Translations under genes and position numbers: made by a program | Notes under the pieces: model-generated | What the model saw: the letters and a program-made list of their open reading frames with translations, nothing else | What the model was told of the DNA's origin: nothing | The model's database searches: none | DNA from: Nitrospirales bacterium | Lineage (GTDB): Bacteria; Nitrospirota; Nitrospiria; Nitrospirales; UBA8639 | Direction: 5' to 3' | Length of the DNA: 64,000 bases | Assembly: GCA_965203295.1 (NCBI GenBank) | Contig: CBDBCZ010000014.1 | Span: 800,001 to 864,000 of the forward strand | Part shown: positions 55,401-64,000 of the stretch, piece after piece | Position numbering within the stretch: the stretch's first letter is position 1 | Layout of the letters: each line of letters opens with the position of its first letter

Positions 55401-57864
55401 CATGGAATGCCATGACGGTAGACACTATCAACCAGTTGAGTGCACAGCATGCCCACACAGGCTCTCTGATCTTGGTCACTAGCTATATGCACGTGCTTGC
55501 TAACCAAAAAACTATACATGAAGATAAGAGTTTTGAATGCTACCTACAGGTTCATAGTTACTGTAGAAGGCAGACATTAGACTGAACTTATTACTATAGC
55601 AGAAGTCTGATTGATTAGTCCTGAGGTGGCAGCTGTTCATGCACTCATGTACAAAGGAAGGTCTCCAGTGGTTACTTTGCTGTCACAGACTTGGTAGCTA
55701 TTGCTATTTATCGTGATTCAAGTACACATCATAGCAACATTGCAGGGAATGCAGTTTTGTTGGTGATTCAATTTCAAACCAGAAGGCTTGTTATAGCCTT
55801 CTGGTTGATTAAGGAATTAATCATCCAAACACTCCTCTACGTATGGACATTTGGGTGAGAGATTTGCCTATCTACGGTTTAGAGATGCTCACACAATCTG
55901 GTGGTAATGTTTGGTAGCAGTTCCAAATGTTGCACCATACGTATCCTTAATAGGACAGTATCCACCATACCTACAGAAGAAAAAACGCAAGACTCACGTG
56001 TACCAATCACGAGAGCAATTTAGGAATGGGGGCGGGGCTCAAGGAGCTACGGGTAAGCTTACGTACGCACGATCTAGCTAGGAGCGAGCGCACGCGACGA
56101 GGAACGGTTGATTGGACGTGTTGCCAAACGTTACAGGGTCTTCAGTAGGTTGCTCTGACAGTCATATCCCAGGGTAAGTGGAAAAGATACTGCCGCTCAT
56201 ATGCCTGAGGCAAAAGTAGCTTAAATTATGGGTGAGAGTATCCGACTGCTATATTTCTGGGTCAGGTCGTTTTCTCGTTACCAGCGCAAAACTAAGGCTA
56301 ACACCGCTTTAGTATCCTTCGCCTTGATTGTGAGCTGGGAACGAGACTAGTCCAATCCTTAGTCTGGGTGGTGGGGATGGTCTGATCCAAGCCTGGGCTG
56401 GCTGCATGACTTCACTCTTCAAACTATTGGTAAGGTTGCTGTCTGATTTCCAGCGTAATTTCATGCAAGATGGGGACAGATACACAAACCTTAGCTGCTC
56501 TACTAAGTAGCTGAATGCTGCTTTTTGGGCCACACTAGCGTCTGTAGCTACATCAGCTAACGTTCCACTGTTCCATTATCAAGTATATATAAGCTTTAAT
56601 ATTTAGACTCGAACATCAAGTTGAAGAGCGCTCTAATGGATAGTGTGCTAGATATAATCCTGAGATGGAACCCACACAGTGCCAGGATTGATCTTTCCCT
56701 GCATTGCTTAATATTTTGTCATTTGTGCGATCTATCAACTGTACTGTGCATTGCCTTTAATGAATTCATGAGCTCTGTTTAGGCATTTCAGGATTCCGTT
56801 TAAAAAGAACTCGATATACATGGATGTGTAAACGCACTAATTCAATTCAGAAACTAAACCCCATCAGCAACATGAGGTGGGTTACCAGGTATGCTCATAA
56901 GCCAGTTTTCAAAATCAGCACATTAACCCCTATAAGATTTATTGTACCCTGAATCTTGAACCATATGCCTGTATTTTAGAGGTTTGGGTTTATTTGGGAT
57001 TAGTGCCACACACAGATTTGTTAAATGTACAATACAGTTTATCAGTTAGTACCAATTCACAGACTGAGGTGGTAGTTTCCAGTTCACAAGAAAATGCTTC
57101 AGCCATTAGTTTTGAATTCATTGGCCGGGGAGAGCCTTGGAATAAGGCAAATTTCCTTTTTTTCTTCTTCTGTAGGTATGGTGGATACTGTCCTATTAAG
57201 GATACGTATGGTGCAACATTTGAAACTGCTATCAAACATTACCACCAGATTGTGTGAGCATCTCTAAACCGTAGATAGGCAAATCTCTCACCCAAATGTC
57301 CATACGTAGAGGAGTGTTTGGATGATTAATTCCTTAATCAACCAGAAGGCTATAACAAGCCTTCTGGTTTGAAATTGAATCACCAACAAAACTGCATTCC
57401 CTGCAATGTTGCTATGATGTGTACTTGAATCACGATAAATAGCAATAGCTACCAAGTCTGTGACAGCAAAGTAACCACTGGAGACCTTCCTTTGTACATG
57501 AGTGCTCAGGACTAATTAATCAGACTTCTGCTATAGTAATAAGTTCAGTCTAATGTCTGCCTTCTACAGTAACTACGAACCTGTAGGTAGCATTCAAAAC
57601 TCTTATCCTAGTGGACTAGTTGCATAGTAGCAGACCAGGGTGTGCCATACGTTGTATTGCACACATGACGAAATGCACGCACACAAACAAAACGTGGTCA
57701 ATGTCGTAGGACCTGCCGTTCACACATTTTACAATCAGTTGGCAATTCCCTTCGCACAACTCATTAGGCAAAATGTTCAGGCCTTTTACCTACCTAACTC
57801 TTGACTATAAGGCATACAGAGTTATAGGAAGTTAATGTTAATTGCCTTTCTTTTCTTCATTTAG

Positions 57865-59023
57865 TTGGAACTGGAGGTACAGATGGCAACTGTAAGTATT
57901 GCAGTGGTGTGCTCATGGTAAATGTATGGTATGGGTGGGTAGGAGTACCTTCATGTGAAGAGTTAGAGTGAGAAATGTAATATAACTGACTTCGGCTGAT
58001 CCTGGATCCCGAAACTTTAGAAACAATGCTCAGCATTCCGTTATTGCATGCCCCAAGTAACACCCTTAGCCAGTTATTTGAAAACTTTGCATATAAAGTT
58101 TGTGACCTGACAATAGCTGATCGTGTCTTCCTTCCACTGGCTGCTAGTTTTAGTCATGGTGGCATTAGTGACTTGTCACTGGCCTTGTTGGGATTACTGA
58201 TTATTTAGGGCATAGTATCGCTTTGCTACACAGCCATAACCTACTGTTTCAAGGCTCTCCTGACTATCCTTGTTCCCAGTCCTGCCAATCCCAGCTTTTA
58301 TCTTGAGGCTGGGGTGGATAGGAATGAGAACAAGGCTAGTCCTGACTGTGTGCTCATAATATCTCCTGTGGGAAAAAATTGATTTTTCGCATGAGAGCTT
58401 CCCATTCCTACTCCCTTCTACCTCTCTATGTCATTGTGCACACCTGCTGTGATGCAGTACCCAGCGCAGTCTCACAGAAATCATTGCAGCACGTATGAGG
58501 ATCATACCTGTCCTATTCTCATACAGTCAGTGGCATGATAGCCGGCTGTGCCTCCATCTTTAGCACAACTCTTAGCGGACTAACACAAATGTATTTGCTC
58601 AATTCTCCGGTAATATTCACTGCTGTAAGAGCTGTCTGGTACAGCAAACAACTTTGCTTCTTTAATGGACTCAGGTATATGCATTTCTGAAATAGTAACA
58701 GGAAGTTTAATCTTTCATGTGGGAGCTTCCTACTCTTAATACCTTCCACCTCCCTACATTATATTGCTGTTCTGAACTTTGTTTTGCCTTTACCCTCAGC
58801 TCAGCGTGGTTCTGATGACAGTACAACTGTGGTAGCAGTGGTTGTGCCATTGTCTATCATCCTTGTTGCCCTCTTGGTTGTCGCAGTCTTCGGAGTAGTG
58901 TTCGTTGCTGTCAAACATGGTGGCACAAAGTCCTCAGTGTATGAGGAATTGCAAGAAAAGAGAGCTCATCCAGAAAGTATAATTGAAGATTATTGCCTCC
59001 CAGAAAATGAACCATCAATGGAG
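57865..59023 (+). CDS. TM receptor gene fragment (copy 2)
   Basis: Duplicate of 29078-30238. Confidence 0.65.
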
Positions 59024-61150
59024 GTACATGTATAAGTTTAGCATGCACATTTTTGCTGTTTTCACTCACACCTTAACAGTCACCACTACGTCTTGATATC
59101 AAATATGTGACTATTTTTGGTATGCCTGCTGGTAATATTAAATCAGTTTTCAATTTTTAAGTGGGTGAGACTTCCAGTATGGAATATGACTTGTCATTCT
59201 GTTAATTGTGATGAACCTCACACAAGTATCATCAATGAGATAGCACAGGCTATAGAGGAAAGCCAATAAAGTCCAAGTACTAATACACAAGTTAGGCATA
59301 ATAAAGAGCAAAACCTACAAGTAGTTGTGCTCTCTTCTCTTGCACAACTACCTGGGCTACATGTAGTTGAACTTGCTCGCTTCGCTTGCTCTATACAGAT
59401 AGAAATGAAGTGCAGTAGAAATGGAGTTTGTGGTCGGCAAGGCCTACTCTGAATATTCTGTTCAAAACTCACTGAAAATTGCCCTATTACTACTGCATTA
59501 TTCTTGATGCTTCTTCGTGCCTATTGTTATAGATGGATAGATAGATAGATATCCAGGAATGTCCCATCAGCTTAAGCTGGTCTGCGTGGGCGTCCTGAAC
59601 AAACAGTAACTATAATACATCAACAAACACATCAACGTAAATCACAAGACTGAGTAGGGAGTTCATCCGATGCCATTCTGACCCTGGTTCTAGACCGGGA
59701 GGGTATTGGTGACCACAATAATCTTGGCCTAAGCCTATAGTGGAACTCTATAATAAGCAGTCACCCTTCAACCATGGCTGTGATAGAAGAGGTGGTTGTG
59801 TTTACTGTATTATGAGGTCCATTGTGCATTACCAATATGTAGGTTGGGCCACATAATATTCCAGTGGCCATTATTGGGAGGTGGCTGCCACATAGAGTGA
59901 ACCTATTACAAACACAATGGAACATACAATGAATTAATTTAAGTACGCACACTCACGTAGTATCAGAATGTCTAGATGTACATGTATTAAACAGGCAGAT
60001 GAAGTGATCGATATGTAGTGCAGTCATTCTGACTTTGGAACACAAAAAAGTAATTCAGTTCTGCCAAAAGTTTCTTACATTCTGCGATATAGTTCTCCGG
60101 CTGTGAGAGGGCAACAGCTCTCAGCTGGATCCTGTGAAGGGCCAGGATGTGGTACTCCACAGTAGCCCCAAGCCTGACCATGTGCGACTTCTGCCCTGCA
60201 TGGGGAAACCAAAAGAAATTTGCAGCTGTTCTTGATCTCCATTCATTCAGAGCCTCTTAGCCCAGAATCAAAGGTCAAAACTGCCGTACACTGGCTTGGT
60301 GTACAACAGGCAGTCCCAGCGGATGTGGTGGACTATTGTGAAATAATTTAACATGATTGAACACGTCTATAAATAGGAGGAGGGTCTATGCTCACCTACA
60401 CCTCTGGTTGGGATGGGATCGGCGTTTGCAGCTAAATAGACACGGGACTTGCTCTCATCATGAACCTCAGATCAAGTGGACACTTGTACTCTCTGAAACA
60501 GACTGTCCACTTTTCGCAGAAACCTATCTCCCTGCTCAGGAGATTGGCGGGTTCCTCCTGGGTGTGATGAGCTTATGAATGAATGGTTTCCAGCTGTGAG
60601 TGGACTTCTGCAGCAGATATAATTGAGGACAAATACAACTGAGTGTAATCATGAACAGGGTTCTACTATTACAGCCACAAAAGAATATAATTATAGCAGC
60701 AAGGAGGGAATTTTGAAAAGAGAAAGAACTGTGAGATTAAGGGAACATGGAATGAGTAAGGTTGCAGTTTTTGAAGGTGAGAGTTGCATGTGCTCAAGTG
60801 GGTTTCTGCAGAAATATTTTATTCCCTCAGCTAAATATCAAACAGCAACTGGTATATTGAAAAGACAAAAAATGCTTAATAAAAGTTACTTTTCAAAAGC
60901 AAAAAAAAAAAAAAGAAATTAGCAAAAACAAACTTGGCGTTCATTTTTAGTGAGCGTTTTTTTTTTAAAAAACGAAACTTTTTTTAAAAAAAAGAGAAAA
61001 AGTTTCACCCAAAGGGCCAGGATGTGGAAGCTCAAGCGGCTAACGAACAAGAACTGACCCCGATGGATCCACTCCGCAGCGTGTACAGGTTTATACTGGA
61101 ATTAAGGGAGGTAGGGGGCGGTCCCTAAGCCATAATGCCCCAAACCTCAG

Positions 61151-61380
61151 TGCACGAGCCGAGATTCGAACTCGCGATCACTGTCTCCAGATACTGCGCC
61201 ACTGCTCCCAGCACCACGGGGGGTGTTGGTGACAGTAGATGAACATTTCTCTCTTTTATATCAGTACTATTCCTATAGACATTCGGAAGAGAAAAAAAGG
61301 AAAATTAAAGTTCCCGGGCGGATTCGAACCCGCGACCTTTTCATTGAGAGGCGAAACGATTGCCGCTAAGCCACGCCTGC
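61151..61380 (-). mobile_element. Two tandem tRNA-derived modules (copy 3)
   Basis: Duplicate of 3637-3866. Confidence 0.7.
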
Positions 61381-62545
61381 TCCTGGAAATTTGATTGAAA
61401 ATTTTCCCGTTAAATAAGGGGTATGGCAATAGACGCAAACAGGTCGAAGTTTCATATCATTGCTAGGTCTTTAAGTATTAGTTAGACCAAGCAACAAGGT
61501 TACTACAATGTTTTGAGCACCCGAGGGACTAATTGGCTGAAGCACAACCTACTTATTGACCGAGGCGGAGCTGTCGCTGACGCGAATGTTGAGAAATTGC
61601 TAGCTGACGCTGAAAGCTCGTTTTGCACTACTGCTGTAAGCCAAGTTGGCATAGTAACATACTAACATCCACATCTGCTAGTACCTATGGTTCGCCAAAG
61701 TCTGAGAAAGCTGTGAATTAGGGTGCCGTTTGTGTCAAAATCAATTTTTTGAGATACTTTGACTAGAGAATATATGGTATTTACTAAATACCCATGGTTA
61801 CTTAGTAAATACCCACAGTTACTTAGTAAATACCCAGGGTTATTACCTGGCATTTGCTAAATACCCATGGTCATTTACTAAATACGTAATTGCTAAATAC
61901 CATGATCATTTACCATGATCATTTACCCTGTAGGGCTGGGAACGAGACTAATCAGATGAGCAACACTGGAAATGCTCTCCCGAGATCGACTGTGTGACGG
62001 ATTCTGACGGGTACATGTACTCATCATAGCGATGGCCTTATGGACAACTAATTCGCTGCCTATAGCCCGTACCCATACCCCAGACGTAAAAGTCGTGGAA
62101 CGAGAGCACGATGATCTGGAATCAGGATTCAGATTCAGAATAGACTATTATCTATGCTCTGAGTTTCTAAAACCTTGTAGTGACGAGCTCGCATCCGGTC
62201 TCTAACCTATACTTAATTGTGAAACAGGTTTGCATGTAGTGTGTTGTGCCAAAGTTGCACTACAGTACAGCTTTGTCTCGAAGGTCATTTACTGACTGTC
62301 AGTGCTCACATTGTGGTATTTTAGTCAAACTATCTACATATGTGTATTACAATAAGTAACATATTTGCCTGGACTGTGCACTTACATATATTAGCAACGT
62401 ATGTAGAGCGCTTTTATGCAGTGGATCCCTTTTTATTGGTATTGCCACAAATCATATACAAGTGAACCTACCAGTCTCTACTCCCCACCTAGCTTTTTTG
62501 CACAGAAACAGCTGAGTGGGGAGTAGAGACTGGGTACAAAGTTAA

Positions 62546-62905
62546 AGTGGTGTCCCACCCAATTGGACGTTTAATCTCAAAAAATGGTAGGGACTATGAA
62601 GGTAAAAATGCAACCCAGTAATTTTCTCAATGAGTTCTCTTCAATGAACACCTTTTTGAAACATACAGGGTAAATTTAACTTTCCAACTTTTTTCCTTGA
62701 CCCCCCTCAGGAAGTACTAAATGTCATTGCATAGCACTCGTGGTTTTAGAGACTTTGGTGAAACTTTCAGGTGCATAGGGGGTAGACAAGCCGAGATATT
62801 GATGTCCCAAATTCATAAACAATAATGAAAAATTGACATTGATATCTTGGCTTGTGTACAGAAATAAATGTTCAAAATAATATTATCTTTGGGTGGAACA
62901 TCACC
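62546..62905. mobile_element. Kolobok-like MITE (copy 3)
   Basis: Duplicate of 5032-5391. Confidence 0.7.
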
Positions 62906-63001
62906 TTAAGTGAACCCCACACCAGTCTTATTTATTAATGTGGCAGCTAGTGGCAGTGTGTCCAACTGTGTGCATTTTGTGGTGTAAAGGGTGACTACAT
63001 A

Positions 63002-63489
<488 letters not shown>

Positions 63490-63498
63490 GTGTGTGTG

Positions 63499-63633
<135 letters not shown>

Positions 63634-64000
63634 ACATGCATGGAAGGAACAGCATTAAGTTGTATCCAAATACAAACAGGATAAGTGAAAACTGGATGAG
63701 TGACTAGTAACCATGAAATACTGGATACGGCAAAATAGTATTAGTTATATGTATACATGTCAGTTGTATGGGTTAGCCAAGACCTACGGATAATATTGCC
63801 ATTATACGTATTGTTCAAGACTTTCCCAGTGTCTTGGATTAGTAAACATAAGTGCCTATATACGTAAGTACTGCATAATTATGGAAATGGATGACATTGC
63901 CTGTGGAAGCGCTCACTTTTTTGGCAGTTAATTCATTATTAGTCCAAGACATGAGCTTGTGAAGCTTGAAAGTGGAAATCATGTGGATTCATTGGAAACA

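Overview
Intron-containing animal genomic DNA with GT-AG introns, TTAGGG-type repeats and EGF, SRCR and Ig exons. The repeat style suggests a marine invertebrate, possibly a sponge (inference). Bases 162-~2415 hold a right-truncated pogo-superfamily (DD35D) DNA transposon. It carries a disrupted transposase (-) and an intact convergent HIRAN-like ORF (+). From 3431 onward the window is a head-to-tail tandem array of a ~28.75 kb unit: copy 1 at 3431-32160, copy 2 at 32161-60945 and a partial copy 3 at 60946-64000. The unit is a patchwork of spliced gene fragments (two C-terminal Ig exons, EGF-EGF-SRCR exons, FHAD1-like coiled-coil exons, a FAM166-like exon, a TM exon with an ITIM-like motif). 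It also contains two internal inverted duplications, tRNA-derived repeats, a LINE RT remnant and several MITEs. One MITE keeps the 5' ends of both a HIRAN-like gene and a pogo transposase, which independently reproduces the two-gene transposon layout. Protein family calls come from motif recognition only; no searches were run.
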